Assembly: GCA_964016885.1 (NCBI GenBank)
Contig: OZ024749.1
Location: 31,558,001 to 31,622,000 of the forward strand
Direction of reading: 5' to 3'
Length of the DNA stretch: 64,000 nt
Source: Eledone cirrhosa
Lineage: Eukaryota
Shown here: positions 14,728 to 29,851 of the stretch, in pieces
Position numbering within the stretch: position 1 is the stretch's first letter
How the letters are laid out: each line of letters starts with the position of its first letter
Program-made: the position numbers and the translations under genes
Notes under the pieces: generated by a model
The model's database searches: none
What the model saw: the letters and a program-made list of their open reading frames with translations, nothing else
What the model was told of the DNA's origin: nothing

Positions 14728-14848
14728 CTGAGTTCAAATACCACCGAGGTTAACTTTGTCTTTCATCATTAAGGGGTCGATAAAATAAAGTACCAGTAAT
14801 GTACTGGGCAATTGCTGGCCTTGTGTCTAAAGTAGAAACAATTATTAC

Positions 14849-14909
<61 letters not shown>

Positions 14910-15271
14910 TGTTCATTGTGTTTTATTGTCCTTATTATTTTTATTGTTTGTTTCTTAATATTTTTTTTTTCAATTTAATTATCCAAAATCGATGAAAAAA
15001 AATAAAATATTAGTTTTTAAAATGATGAAAATAAAGTTTATTTCATTGCATGTTGTTGTTTGGTTATTATTTGGTGCTTTTCTTGTTTCTTTTTATTTCC
15101 ATAATTTGTTGTTAGTCAAAACTCATGTCAACATGTCACCACGTGATGTATTGCATACAATACAAACACACACACACACACAAACATATATATATATATA
15201 CATATGCGTGTGTATATATATATATTTGTGTGTGTGTATGTGTGTGTTTATGTATATATACATATATATCT

Positions 15272-15350
<79 letters not shown>

Positions 15351-15402
15351 AATTTAAGTAAACAGATACATAAAAGCACTAAGTATATATATACATATAT
15401 GC

Positions 15403-15497
<95 letters not shown>

Positions 15498-15563
15498 TAC
15501 ATATATACATATATACATATATATATGTATATGTATATGTATAACGATACATATACACATACT

Positions 15564-15653
<90 letters not shown>

Positions 15654-16123
15654 CATATATACATTTACATACGCACTTATATAAATGCGCTTCTTGATTT
15701 CTTCTACGAGTGTATTGGTTTCCATTGTGAGTTGAATTCGATTTCCCATTCTTAGACTTCATAGCATACATATGTTGCTGCAGTCATTACAATTCTTCGT
15801 TCTCTCGTGAGAAGGAATGTTAAAATGTTAAAACGTTAAATTGTCAAATTAAAATTTCAAGTGTGTGAAAATGTTTAATGTATTTTTTGTTTCCTTGTTC
15901 CCTCTTCTAGCTCGCTTGGTTATTGTTTTTTTTTTAAATGGAATATTAATGATGGGTATATAGGTATATATCTACATATGTATGCATGTATGTTTGTATG
16001 ACTGTGTGTTTGTATTTATGTTTGTATGTATATAGACATGTATGTTTGTATGAACATATATATATATATGTATGTATATATACAAGTATATATACATATA
16101 AATATATACATATATATATATAT

Positions 16124-16237
<114 letters not shown>

Positions 16238-16567
16238 CTATATATATATATATATATATAACAAAGGAATTGTGGTAAGGAACCAGATGGACCATAACGC
16301 ACCAAAGTACTCAATACTTGGTGTAGTAGGGTGGATAATAAGAACAAGTATGACCCCGACGCCAGAGCTCAAGCCGTTTCGACGGCTATTTCTGGACAGA
16401 AATAGCCGTCGAAACGGCTTGAGTTCTGCCGTCAGGGTCATACTTTTTCCTATATATATATATATATATATATGGATGTCGTCCCACTGTGGGTCAATAT
16501 ATGCATATGTTTTTATATGTCTCTTGTGTTGAAAAGGAGGTCAAGTATGTTATAGATCACTAAATAG

Positions 16568-16616
16568 TTGCTCCGAAGAATCCAAACCTCGGTTTGGAGG
16601 AAACAATTGTAAGCAA
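16568..16616 (+). ncRNA. Type I hammerhead ribozyme, U4C core variant
   Basis: ttgct-CCGAAGA-a-tccaaac-ctcg-gtttgga-g-GAAA-caattg-TA-agcaa. Perfect stems I and II, palindromic ACAATTGT stem III, GUA site. Confidence 0.75.
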
Positions 16617-16647
16617 ATAAATGATTTAAACTGAACTTTGATTATTG

Positions 16648-16864
<217 letters not shown>

Positions 16865-17769
16865 GTGTGTGTGCGTGTGTGTGTGTAGTAAAATATATGC
16901 ATATAGTTAGACCGAAATATATTTATATGTTCCTGTGTGTGTCTTCATATTATATATTCATTCGGGTACGCATGAATGTGTATATATAACAGTATATGCT
17001 TCTATATGTGTGTATATATATGCTTCTATATGTGTGTATGTCACATGACATAAGATGGCGTGTCTTTTAACGTAATATTTCTGTGTGTATTTTTTATTCT
17101 GTTTGAATGATGGACATAAATAATTAACGATATATATAAATAACAAACTACAATGAATATATGTCTCTTGTGTATCAAAATATAACCAGAAGCTGATTCT
17201 CTGTAATATCTGTCTGTGAGTATAGTTATTTGTCGATTGCCAATAGACGACTTCGTAACGAGACTGATGTTATGAAATGAATGTAAGGTCAGTTCGACCA
17301 TCTTTCTCGTTTCTGTGTGTATATATATATAGAAAGGCTATAGAACACACGTATTCATATATATTATGTCAGTGGTTCGCGTTTGTATCTGGTGCTTTTT
17401 TTCTTTTTTTTGTTTAGGTTACTCTTCTTATTATTGGTAGGCAACCTGATAAAACCGTTTGGAGTTGTTCGATATTTAGTTGTTCGCTTATCAATTATCT
17501 TGCCATATTTTAGGATCGTCTTGAAAAAAGAATATGCTTCTCTGTACTCCGGCTTATTCTGTTTCTTTAGCTCTCTGTCAGCCATGATTGATTCGACATA
17601 AATATAAACTACAGACATAAAGATATTCGCTGAATATGCCACCATTTTTGTATGCATATATCTATATCTATATATATATATATATACATACATATACATA
17701 TATATACATACACACACATATATATGTATTTATATATATATACTTATATATATGCATATGTTTATATAT

Positions 17770-17906
<137 letters not shown>

Positions 17907-17946
17907 CATACATATATATGACCCTCCCGAAGTATAACAATATATA

Positions 17947-19193
17947 CAGGGGTTGGATAAAATAATGGAAACACCTAGCATCATAGCATCATAATTTTGT
18001 AAAATATCTATAAAACTGTCAAAAGCTTGTTTATTTTTATGTTCTTTTATTTATTATTAGTGTTGCTTAATATGTTTCGTTAAAATTGCTGTTTCTTTTC
18101 AGTTATCATCAGAAAAAGATAATTAAAATTCATTAAAATGACGATAAATCGGACTTTCAAAGAGGTCAAATTGTTGGTGCTCGTATGGTAGGCGCTAGCG
18201 TCACGAAAACAGCCGAAATGTTTGGTGTATCAAGAAGTAGTGTCTCAAAAGTAATGACAGCCTTTGAGAAACAAAACTCCGGAAGAAAACCAAAACTTTT
18301 AGATAGGGACCGTCGGACTGTCACGCGAATTGTTAGAAAGGATCACAAAGGTACAGCTCCCAAAATTACTGCAGAGCTTAATGACCACCTCGAGAACCCA
18401 GTTTCCACATAAACTGTTCGCCGGGAGTTGCACAAAGCCGGATTTCACGGGAGGGCTGCAATCAGAAAACCACTACTTTCAAAAACAAACGTTGCAAAGC
18501 GTTTAGTGTGGAGTAAAAACCTACAGAATTGGTCCCTAGAGCAGTGGAAGAATGTTATTTTCTCGGACGAGTCATCCTTTACCTTATTTCTGACCACCGG
18601 CCGAGTATACGTGTGGAGACAGCCAAAAGAAGCATTTGACACAGACTGCCTTCTTCCAACTGTTAAACATGGAGGGGGATCTATGATGATCTGGGGCGCT
18701 ATATCTTGGAAATCCGCCGGCCCAATGGTTTCCCTGCATGGCAGAATTAATAGTCAAGGCTATTTAAGCATTTTATCTGATCAAATTCATCCTATGGTTG
18801 CGGAACTGTTTCCGGAGGGAGACGCAATATTTCAGGAAGATAATGCACCAATTCACACAGCTAAAGTTGTTACTGAATGGCACGAGGAACATTCTAGTGA
18901 AGTTGAACATCTTATCTGGCCTCCACACTCCCAAGATCTCAATATTATTGAACATTTATGGTGCATTTTAGAAAAACAAGTAAGGAGTCGATATCCTCCA
19001 CCATCATCACTACAAGAACTAGAGACTGTTTTAGCTGAAGAATGGACACAAATTCCTTTGGAAACAATTCAAACCTAGTACGGGTCCATACCTCGTAGAC
19101 TTCAAGCTGTAATTACTGCCAAAGGCGGTCCTAGCCCATATTAAAATAAATTTGTTTGAAATTTTAAGGTGTTTCCATTATTTTGTCCAGCCC

Positions 19194-19196
<3 letters not shown>
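17947..19196 (+). mobile_element. Tc1-family DNA transposon with DD36E catalytic spacing, full length, inactivated
   Basis: 30-bp TIRs CAGGGGTTGGATAAAATAATGGAAACACCT / AGGTGTTTCCATTATTTTGTCCAGCCCATG (3 mismatches), TA on both sides, 1250 bp. Confidence 0.95.
18138..19143 (+). pseudogene. Disrupted Tc1-like transposase
   Basis: HTH region with GRKPKL, then FSDES, TVKHGGG, EDNAPIH, WPPHSQDLNIIE. In-frame stops at 18410-18412 and 19076-19078, and an apparent frameshift near the N-terminus. Confidence 0.88.
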
Positions 19197-19292
<96 letters not shown>

Positions 19293-19331
19293 CATATATA
19301 TATATATATTTATATATATATATATACATAT

Positions 19332-19677
19332 ATATTGGTAAACGGAATAGAAAATGCTGACAAATTGTTCACAGTTGAAAAATGGTTTAATTAGGAATAA
19401 AAGAGTATTAGTGATTGTATGGGTTAGTATTCAGTTGTGGTTTTAAGTTTTTAAGTTTTTACCGGTTGCGCATTTCTAAATGCTTTTCAAAAATAATTTT
19501 GAGATAGAGTGTCCGTGCTGTTTGCTCTGAATACACAACTGAATACTAACCCATACAATCACTAATACTCTTTTATTCCTAATTAAACCATTTTTCAACT
19601 GTGAACAATTTGTCAGCATTTTCTATTCCGTTTACCAATATATAATAACTTGTGTGTTACACCTCTATTCTTTTAAC
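19332..19677. mobile_element. Family A short fold-back copy
   Basis: ttggtaaacgg... arm, inverted arm ending ...ccgtttaccaa, then tail ttgtgtgttacacctctattctttt matching 4881-4905 in reverse. Confidence 0.75.
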
Positions 19678-20394
19678 TATACATATATATATATATTTAT
19701 ATATATGCACGTGTCTATGTGTATGTGTGTGCGCGTGTGTATGTGTACGTGTGTACGTGTCTGAGTATGTGTCTAGCATAGCAAAACACTGCCTAATATT
19801 CTTTAAGTAGCGTGGGATATCTGAATGAGATCTAGTTGCAATTTTTGTTTTAGTTATCAGTTCATAGATTAAATTGGCAAAACAGGGGATGCATTGAGCG
19901 TTTTGTTTTCCTATGATCATTTATATAAATATATATTTTATGTTTTACAGTACGATTGTTACCCTAGAATTCCAGAATTTTGTAGCTGTATTTCTCTCTA
20001 TATATATTCCAATGTATTGCTCTCTTTCCAAACATTTATTTTCACAGGGTTCATGTTTCTAAAGATTAAAGAATATAACTAAAGCCATGCCTTATGCTTT
20101 ATAATAGCATTTATTAAACAACATCAAATCGTGTAACTACAGTTAATTTTCAAAAAATCCTCCCGATTTTATTATATATTATTTTAATGTATGAACAAAG
20201 GCATATATTTATGTATGTATATATATATATATATATATATAATTTTAGACATGGGTTTACTGTGTTTACTTCTACCTGTATTTATACTTTGAGCTTGTTA
20301 GTTGCAGAGTATCTATATGAGTTAATAACTCTATATTTTATTTGTATTTATATATATATATGTATATATACATATATATAAATATATATATATT

Positions 20395-20460
<66 letters not shown>

Positions 20461-20461
<1 letters not shown>

Positions 20462-20833
20462 TTATACTTGGGGAGGGTCATATTTGTGTAATATTGCCAG
20501 AATTAATAACAGAACACACTCACTGTTTGGTTGGTTTTCGCTTTTCGCTTCTGTGTCTTTTATATCGGTAATCTAATTTATTCGGTCCTCAATGTTGTCA
20601 TTGACTGACCAACGGTCAAAAATAATACAGATACAATATAGACACAAACACATATATATAGTTTATCAAAGTTCTTTCGTTGCACATCTGCAACATCAAC
20701 AGTGGTGCTATTGTTTCCTCCCGTTGCATTGTGTGTTCTGTTATTAATTCTGGCAATATTACACAAATATAACCTCCCCAAGTATAACAATATTTGTTTC
20801 GACACACGATTTCATATAAAAAACCTCGCAAAA
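20461..20833. mobile_element. Family D fold-back copy
   Basis: gttatacttggggagg...aacagaacac is inverted against gtgttctgtt...cctccccaagtataac, followed by a one-sided tail of about 45 nt. Confidence 0.7.
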
Positions 20834-20993
20834 GTAATTCATCGCCATTATATATATATGTATGTATATATATATATATATTTATGTATTTACAGTATAT
20901 ATATATATATGTATGTATGTATATATATATATATTTATGTATATACAGTATATATATATATGTATGTATATGTATATATATATTTATGTATAT

Positions 20994-21036
<43 letters not shown>

Positions 21037-21045
21037 GTATATACA

Positions 21046-21095
<50 letters not shown>

Positions 21096-21248
21096 AGTGA
21101 GTGAAGAGCAACGCGGGTCGGCTGCACTCACAACCTCTAATTGGATTAACTTCAACGATATCTCCTTAGCTTATATATATATATATCACATATAAAGCAA
21201 TCAAATATTTGTTTATTGTATTCAATTGCTGACGATCGTTTCTTATAT

Positions 21249-21316
<68 letters not shown>

Positions 21317-21320
<4 letters not shown>

Positions 21321-21814
21321 TACAAGGATTGGAATTAAGAGTATTCCGCAGTTCACAGTAATAATAATAATATTAGCTCAAAGAAGAATAGAGAATTTTC
21401 TTCTGAGCTCACAGTGAGATGTGTGTAAAGAATTATTACAAGTGAGTTTAACCGTTACTGTATGGAGAACAATATCTACAGGTTAGCAATTAAATAGAAA
21501 AAAAACTAAGTCAGAATCAAATCTCTGAAGTAGAGTTTTAAATTACCAAAGGTTGGTAATTTAAAACTCAACTTCAGAGATTTGATTCTGACTTAGTTTT
21601 TTTCTATTTAATTGCTAACCTGTAGATATTGTTCTCCATACAGTAACGGTTAAACTCACTTGTAATAATTATTTTCACACATCTCACTGTGTAACACTTC
21701 TCTTTGTGTAATATATTTGTATTTGAGCTCAGAAGAAAATTCTCTATTCTTCTTTGAGCTAATATTATTATTATTACTGTGAACTGCGGAATACTCTTAA
21801 TTCCGATCCTTGTA

Positions 21815-21819
<5 letters not shown>
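21317..21819. repeat. About 500-bp near-perfect palindrome with 3-nt loop in (TA)n
   Basis: Centre accaa-agg-ttggt at about 21545-21557. Arms match out to agtatacaagg / ccttgtatact, apart from an indel of about 35 nt in the right arm. Confidence 0.9.
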
Positions 21820-21896
<77 letters not shown>

Positions 21897-22423
21897 GTGT
21901 GTGTGTGTATGTTTGTGTGTGCATATATATATGTGTGTGTGCGTGTGTGTAAATATATATCCCACTCTCACAAAAGATCAAGTTCCTTTCTTTGGTATTT
22001 ACTCAGAAGTAACTCTGTATATTCACATGATGAACTTTTAATTTTAAAGCGTCTTGCATACCTTTATTGTTCTTCTAACAATTTATATCAATGATATTGC
22101 ACGCCGCAAGTCTGTATTGTTTTTCTCAGATTGACTGATTTACATATATTTGCATGTATGTAAGTGTATATGTTTATGTATATGAATGATGTGTTCATAT
22201 ATCATTATGAGACTATTTATTGTTCCTCAGAGAAGTATGTATGTATGTATATATGTCTATATGTAAGTAGTATGTATGTATGTATGTATGTATGTATGTA
22301 TGTATGTATGTATGTATGTATGTATGTATGTATGTGTGTGTACATACGCATGTATGTCTATATATGTATGTGCAGCTGTCTATTGTGTTATTCATATGTA
22401 CATGCATATCTATCTATCTGTAA

Positions 22424-22519
<96 letters not shown>

Positions 22520-22692
22520 CGGGGTTTGTATGTTTGTATATGTTTGTGCGTGTGTGTTTGTGAATGTTTGTGTATGTTTATATATATAACCATATACTTG
22601 TGTATACAAATTCTTGTATAAATGTCGCCAGTTTGTATGATGACAGCTATGTGTATGGCAGATATGTAGTATGTATACAGTTATACATTGTT

Positions 22693-22940
22693 TTATAAAC
22701 GATCTTCGTGAAACATGTTCATGATAAGTGTTTCTATAGGAATATCCCCAATAATGTTCCTGAATAATAGTCTGTCCATACTGTGAGCGTGGATGGTCCG
22801 CAAGCACGGAAGCAACATGAGCAGTTTACCAAACCGGGTGGCCGGGTGGGGTGTGTGACATCGAATGTATTCTGTGAGCATCAGTTGGGCCTGATCCTGG
22901 TAGTTCTCTATTGCGCGGATGTCATTCAACGTTGGGCATT
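22693..22940 (-). CDS. dsf: Exon 6 (last coding), LBD C-terminus and AF-2 helix (QDQAQLML...RFGKLLMLLP...PIETLIMNMF), TAA stop
   Basis: ttccag|AA acceptor, phase 1, in-frame TAA at 22693-22695. NR2E/NR2F-type C-terminal motifs. Confidence 0.95.
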
Positions 22941-22969
22941 CTGGAAGAAGAAATAAAACTTATTGAATG

Positions 22970-23078
<109 letters not shown>

Positions 23079-23296
23079 ACAAAGGAAATGTGGTAACCAT
23101 AACGCACCAGAGTACTCAAAGTCCAGAAATAGGCATCGAAACGGCTTGAGCTCTGTCGTCGGGGTCATACTTTTTCCTGTATACATATATATGTATATAT
23201 AACAGAATTATGTAATAAAACGATGTATACAAAAAAACATCTCTCTTATTCATAATATATATATGTATATACATGTATACATACACACACACACAC

Positions 23297-23797
23297 GGCA
23301 TGACAGACCTTGGCTATTGGGGTCAACTAGAAAAGCTCAAACTTTATTCTCCCCAACGCCGCCGTAAGCGCTGCATTTTCTGTATGATGTGGAATATATT
23401 CCCTCAGAACTGTCCAAAGGATGTTGGCATCACCTTTAAAATACACCTAAGGCTTGGGCCCCATGTTATCCGCCCTCAACAAAAATCAAACCTCGCATCT
23501 CCTAACAACAATACGGCACAATTATTTCACCTCAATTGGTCCCGCTCTCTTTAACAGTAAACCAAAACACATTAAAACTGAAAAAGACCCCATAAAGTTC
23601 AAATGTCTTTGGACAAATTCCTTCAAGAAGTCCCGGAAAAACCTCCTACACCTGGATATGTCTCCGTAAACAAAAACTCTCTGCTTGAGGGGGGCCATAG
23701 TGTCCAAATTCTGATTCGAAAGACTTCGCAATGTGGTGCTATTAAGTAAGACATGGCCTGGGCCAATACTCGCCGTAACCTATCAACATTATCAAAG
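23297..23797 (+). mobile_element. Degenerate CR1/L2-group LINE 3' fragment
   Basis: GMTDLGYWGQLEKLKLYSPQRRR (Y..RL..L.L.SL.RRR motif), then frameshifted F...GPALFN..P..IK. Confidence 0.65.
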
Positions 23798-24307
23798 TTA
23801 TATATATATGATAAATATTCAAAATAAATGATTACAAGTGTAGCTAGCTAGCTTTTGTCTTGTACGTAGAGACAGACCGAATGAGATATATTTGAGGAGC
23901 ATGCCACGTCGTCTACATTTGCCCCAGGTTTTTTTCAGCTGGAGACCAACGCCTCGATGGACTGACGTCTTGTCACTTTACTCCCATGAGACCAACTTAT
24001 CTCCGCAGGCTACCGTGTAAAATCGGGTGTAATGTCATCAGTGATCCCACAATCTTCTCAACAATAGCTTCCAATATGTTCGAATATAAATTAATAAATA
24101 TTTGGACCACCCCTAAAGACAGCTTCCCATTGCCGTTTCTAAAATCGCACGATTTCTTATATATATTCGTACGCGAAGGGACTATACAGCTTACACTGGA
24201 ACACGAACGTTGAAACGTGGAGTGTAATCTTCACTGGGTGTACAGTTAAATAGTACAAGCCTGTTGCCTACTTTGAACGTACGTCCTCGGTAATGTAGAC
24301 AGCTGAA

Positions 24308-24355
<48 letters not shown>

Positions 24356-24484
24356 TACGTTATTCCGGGTTGAATCGGAGGTAACCACAGTAAGTAAGGT
24401 ACTCAATACATTGCAGAGTATAAAAGTTTTAATATAGATGAGATTCTACAGGACTAGAACTGTTTCATTCTTTAGAAATCATCA

Positions 24485-24537
24485 GAGATTCCTGATGATT
24501 TCTAAAGAATGAAACAGTTCTAGTCCTGTAGAATCTC
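24485..24537 (+). ncRNA. Type I hammerhead ribozyme inside fold-back element 24355-24553
   Basis: gagattc-CTGATGA-tttctaaagaat-GAAA-cag-ttctagtc-ctg-TA-gaatctc. 7-bp stem I, GUA site. Degenerate relatives at about 11697-11750 and 54365-54540. Confidence 0.8.
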
Positions 24538-24550
24538 ATCTATATTAAAA

Positions 24551-24590
<40 letters not shown>

Positions 24591-24609
24591 TATATATACT
24601 TATATATAT

Positions 24610-24675
<66 letters not shown>

Positions 24676-25401
24676 TTAATTCATACACATTTATTAAATA
24701 TATATATATAACTATTATATATATATTATATATATATATTTATTTATTTATTGCTATCTATCAACCTATTCCAATACAGGTATATGTACGAGTTTGTGTT
24801 TGTCTGTGTGACTATGGTTGTATTTATGTGTATATGAGTCTGTGTTTGTCTGTGTGACTATGTATGTATCTATGTGTATGAGGCTGTGTTTGTTTGTATG
24901 TCAGCTTGTATATATGAGGTGCGCACGTCTGTTTATATTGTTTGTTTTAGGCTACAAATATACATCTATTTTTCATTAGTCTGACATTTTAGAAATTGTG
25001 GATCTTCAAAGCAAGAATCTATATTGAATACAAACAGACTTCTCTAGCTATGTTCCAAGTTTCTCTCGTAAAAAGACAAGGAAATGTCAGCAGAGAAGTT
25101 TTAAAGATTAAAGTTTACGCAGCTAGAGTAACTGTTGTTCTTTATATGTTATGGAAGACCTGACTAACCAAAATACTTAGAGCTTCAGTTTTTCACAATT
25201 TCCTTCAAACAATTTTATCTGGAATGAACTGGCTTAAACAGAAGAGCATATATATGTGTGTGTATTTATGTACACACACAGACTTACATATACATTTCCA
25301 CAGATACCTTTCATACATAAATGTGTTATACGGAGTATATAAGTATATCAGTTAGCAAATGATTGATTGTGAAGTTATATATACATAAATATATGTCTTA
25401 C

Positions 25402-25654
25402 CTGGTCTAAACAGTACAATTGCCTTGAGGCAGGTGAATTCCATGGGATCGATATTAAGTAACTTAAATCTACTGAGAATTTCTTTCATGTGTTGAATCT
25501 CAGCACAGATTCGCGCTGTTGGTGGACCATTTAATTCTCCACCGGGCATTAGTTCTGCTTCATGTTCTAGTAAAGCCAGCGGAGAGAATGGTACTTCCCA
25601 CTGGACAAGACTCAGGAGAAATAATTCCCGCCAGCAATCGTTTAAAAGCGCCAC
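25402..25654 (-). CDS. dsf: Exon 5, LBD (VALLNDCWRELFLLSLVQW...EFTCLKAIVLFRP)
   Basis: tatag| acceptor, G|gtaag donor, 253 nt. Typical NR2 LBD motifs W.ELF.L and E..CLKAIVLF.P. Confidence 0.95.
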
Positions 25655-27137
25655 CTATAAATATAAATACATATAAATATTTTTATAAAAAATAGTCAAG
25701 GATATGACATGATTATTTATTTTTCCATTTATCCGAATTCTTCACAACCCTTGTGGTTAATAAAGAAATCCTTTATCCGAACGTTTCAACACGGTTAAAA
25801 TATCGTATTCATTTACAGATCAACTGCGAATTATCAATTGACAATTATCTACATCATACGTGTTATATAGCAAACGTATATCTTCAGGAAACCTTATATA
25901 GAACAAATCAAATTTAAAAGAGGTTTAAACGAGGTTTTAAGAATCAAAATGCATACAAAATAGTGAAGTACTACTCTATAATCACATATTTTATATAGTA
26001 TATAGTATATAGTATATATATATAACCTCATTTTTTTAATATAAATTTCAAAAGTAACTGTGTACATTCGCATGGTGAATTCTTAAAATGTTTTGCACAT
26101 TTCAATTTTTCCTCTAACAAAAAGAATATGACCTCTTTTCCAAATGTAAATTTATAAAGAATGTAACAAGAGGTTATAAAATAAATCAATGTATTATATA
26201 CTAGCAGAATACCCGGTATTCCTAGTGAAAGAGGCGTCGCTCTTAATGACCAATTGATGCAATCATCATAGTAATTCTGCATAAATGAGTGATTTGGAAA
26301 AACGAATGTAAAATCTTCCTAACAACAATATACAGTTAAAAACACTGTTAATATCTACGCTGAGAATTTTCTACGAAAAACTTTATATTAAACCTTCATA
26401 AGTTTAGTATCTCTTCAATGTATACATTTCTGTGTGTCCCAGGTTTGGTTGAGTAATATCCTATAAGAGGTGATTAAATGGATTTACACCAAGAGGTGCA
26501 TCCAGCCCTACAATATCGGCATAAACATAGTCTTCTTCTTCTTCTTCTTCTTCTTCTTCTTCTTCTTCTTCTTCTTCTTCTTCTTCTTCTTCTTCTTCTT
26601 CTTCTTCTTCTTCTTCTTCTTCTTCTTCTTCTTCTTCTTCTTCCCTTTCGTATCTGAGTTATATGAGTCGGTGCGCAATTGTTATTTCCGGCGATCCGTT
26701 GATATAACGGAAGTTATTGTGCGCCATGATTACAAACAATTATGTACGTCTTCCATTGGTGTATTTAACATCTCCTTAATTCTGTGTTTATAACACCCTT
26801 TGTCGTGGCTGTGTTTGGCTAATCTTCTTTGATTCTGCTTATTTACTTTCCTGTAAACAGAACCTCACACAAACAAACACACACATGTATGTATGATATT
26901 AACGATAGATCTGTTAATACAATAGTATTAATATATATATATTAATGGCCGTGGATTGGCAGTATCGGTAGAGGGTCGGACACCATGCTTTCCAGCATAG
27001 TTACGTCCCTTTATGATCTGAGTTCAAATCCCGCCGAGGTTGACTTTGCCTTTCATCCTTACGGGGTCGATAAAATAAAGTACCAGTAATGCACTGGGTA
27101 TTTGCTGGCCTTGTGCCTAAAGTAGAAACAAGTATTA

Positions 27138-27203
<66 letters not shown>

Positions 27204-27296
27204 AGTATTTCCGAAGAAAAAGCAAAGGAAAACGGAATGCTCTATGTAAAGAACAGAGCTATTTAATTGGAAAGTGAACAACACAATATACAACTA

Positions 27297-27364
27297 CTCC
27301 ATTACTAAAGGTTTCAGGACTCTAGACAATATTAACATACGTCTAGATAGTTCATCAGACAGAG
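27297..27364 (-). ncRNA. Type I hammerhead ribozyme, sense to dsf intron 4
   Basis: ctctgt-CTGATGA-acta-tctagacgtat..atattgtctaga-gtcct-GAAA-c-cttta-g-TA-atggag. A fold-back hairpin lies immediately 5' at 27360-27414. Confidence 0.72.
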
Positions 27365-27849
27365 GGGTTATGAAATGAAAATACGATATTCGTATTTTCA
27401 TTTCATAAACTCTGTGTATTCCAATTGCAAGTATGAGAATAGCTCAATGTAAAATTACTGTTTCTACTTTTGGCACAAGGCCAGCAATTACCCAGTACAT
27501 TACTGGTACTTTATTTTATCGACCAAAATAACAAGTATATTACAGTGCCGAAATATTTTATATACAACAATCAAAGGGTCGTTAATGTATAAATGAGAAC
27601 AAACATCTACTGACGTAAACGACACAATACTAGGCGTACATAAGATACATTTATCAATTTTTTCATTATATACACATGTATGAATCATAATCAATTGATT
27701 GTAACCCAGGGAATATTTTGCTACATGTATGTTTGTGCCTTTGAGTAGATGTTGGTAAAGATTTCTAAACTGCCGTTTTTTACAGTGAACCGTTACGTCT
27801 CGTTCCTCTCATAAATGTTTTTATTAAGTATCCTTAGATTACACCCACC

Positions 27850-27917
<68 letters not shown>

Positions 27918-27999
27918 CGTACATGTATATATATATATATGTATTTATATACATATATATATAGATGTGTATACATATGTATATATACACATACATACG

Positions 28000-28095
<96 letters not shown>

Positions 28096-28199
28096 CCGTG
28101 TGAGAACACAGGTGAAACTCTAAAGTAATGAAACTAATCACTTAGACTTAATAGACAATAATAACATATATATATATATATATATATATATTACACACG

Positions 28200-28272
<73 letters not shown>

Positions 28273-28593
28273 GTGTGTATGTGTGTGTGTCTGTATGTGA
28301 GTGAGCGCGTTATACACACATACACACACATACACACATACACATATAAACACACACATATATATATATGCACATATGTCAGACGGTGTCTGTTTCAAGA
28401 GGGTATGACTTAGTCATATCACACCCTAGTATTCCGTGGCACCGGAAGGATGAAAGGCAAAGAATGCCCCCTGGCGGTAACTGAACCCCAGCAAGGGGAA
28501 AAAAGCCGGAAAATATACCGTAAGGCTATTTTCCCTTGTCCGACTCTCTAAAGATTCTTCTAATCCAACTCATGATGTAAACAGAGCATATAC

Positions 28594-28640
<47 letters not shown>

Positions 28641-28797
28641 TATATATATGTGTGTGCGTATATATATATATATAAAAATATATATATGTGTGTGCGTATA
28701 TATATGTATATATATATATATATATATATGAATATATATATGTGTGTGCGTATATATATATATATATATATATATATGAACATATATATGTGTGTGC

Positions 28798-28860
<63 letters not shown>

Positions 28861-28958
28861 TATATATATATGTGTGCGTATATATATATATGAATATATA
28901 TATGTGTGTGCGTATATATATATATATATATTTATGTGAATATATATATGTGTGTGCG

Positions 28959-28992
<34 letters not shown>

Positions 28993-29374
28993 ATAAAGAA
29001 AGGGAGAGAGAGGGGGGAAAATGAGGGAGAGAGAGAGACGATTAATTAGAATAAAATTAGGATCTGAAATCAAAGCTTGACTGAGAAATGAGAAATCAAA
29101 GTAATATTATAATGAAAATGATAGGAAGTAATAAGACGAAAAGAAATAGAGATAGCGGGGAGAGGGGTGGGAGATGGGAAAGAGAGGGGGTGGAAGACAG
29201 GAAAGACGGGAGGTGGGAGAAGGGAAAGAGTGGCGGTGGGAGATGAGATAGAGAGGGAAGTGATAGGGGATAGGAAAGAGAAGGGTGCGAGATAGGAAAG
29301 TGGGGAGGTTGAGAGAAAAGGAAGTTATAAATAAATAAATAAATACATGGATGAACAAATAAATAAGTAAATAA

Positions 29375-29442
<68 letters not shown>

Positions 29443-29851
29443 AAATATATGTATGTATGTAATGGACCAGGAAGGTGATGGAAATGGCAAACGTTTGGCG
29501 GAACATAAGAAACGGTAAAACATTAATGAGGTCGTTATTGTGATGTTGATGTTGTTGTGATGTTGTTGTTGTTGTGATGTTGTTGTGTTGAAGTGTTGTG
29601 GTCATGTGATATTGTGAGTCTGTTGTTGTTGTTGTTGTTATTACGGTTTTATGGAGACATTTATTGTGTTACGATATGTTGTGGATGTCGTGGTGTTGGG
29701 CTGTTGTGGTGTGACGTTGTTGTTGTGTTGTAGTGTTGTGGTGATGTGTTGTAGATATCGTGGTGTTGTGATGTTGTTGTTGTGTTGTAGTGTTCTGATG
29801 ATGTGTTGTGTTTCTGTCAATTTGGGAGGTGTTGTGATGTTATATATATCG

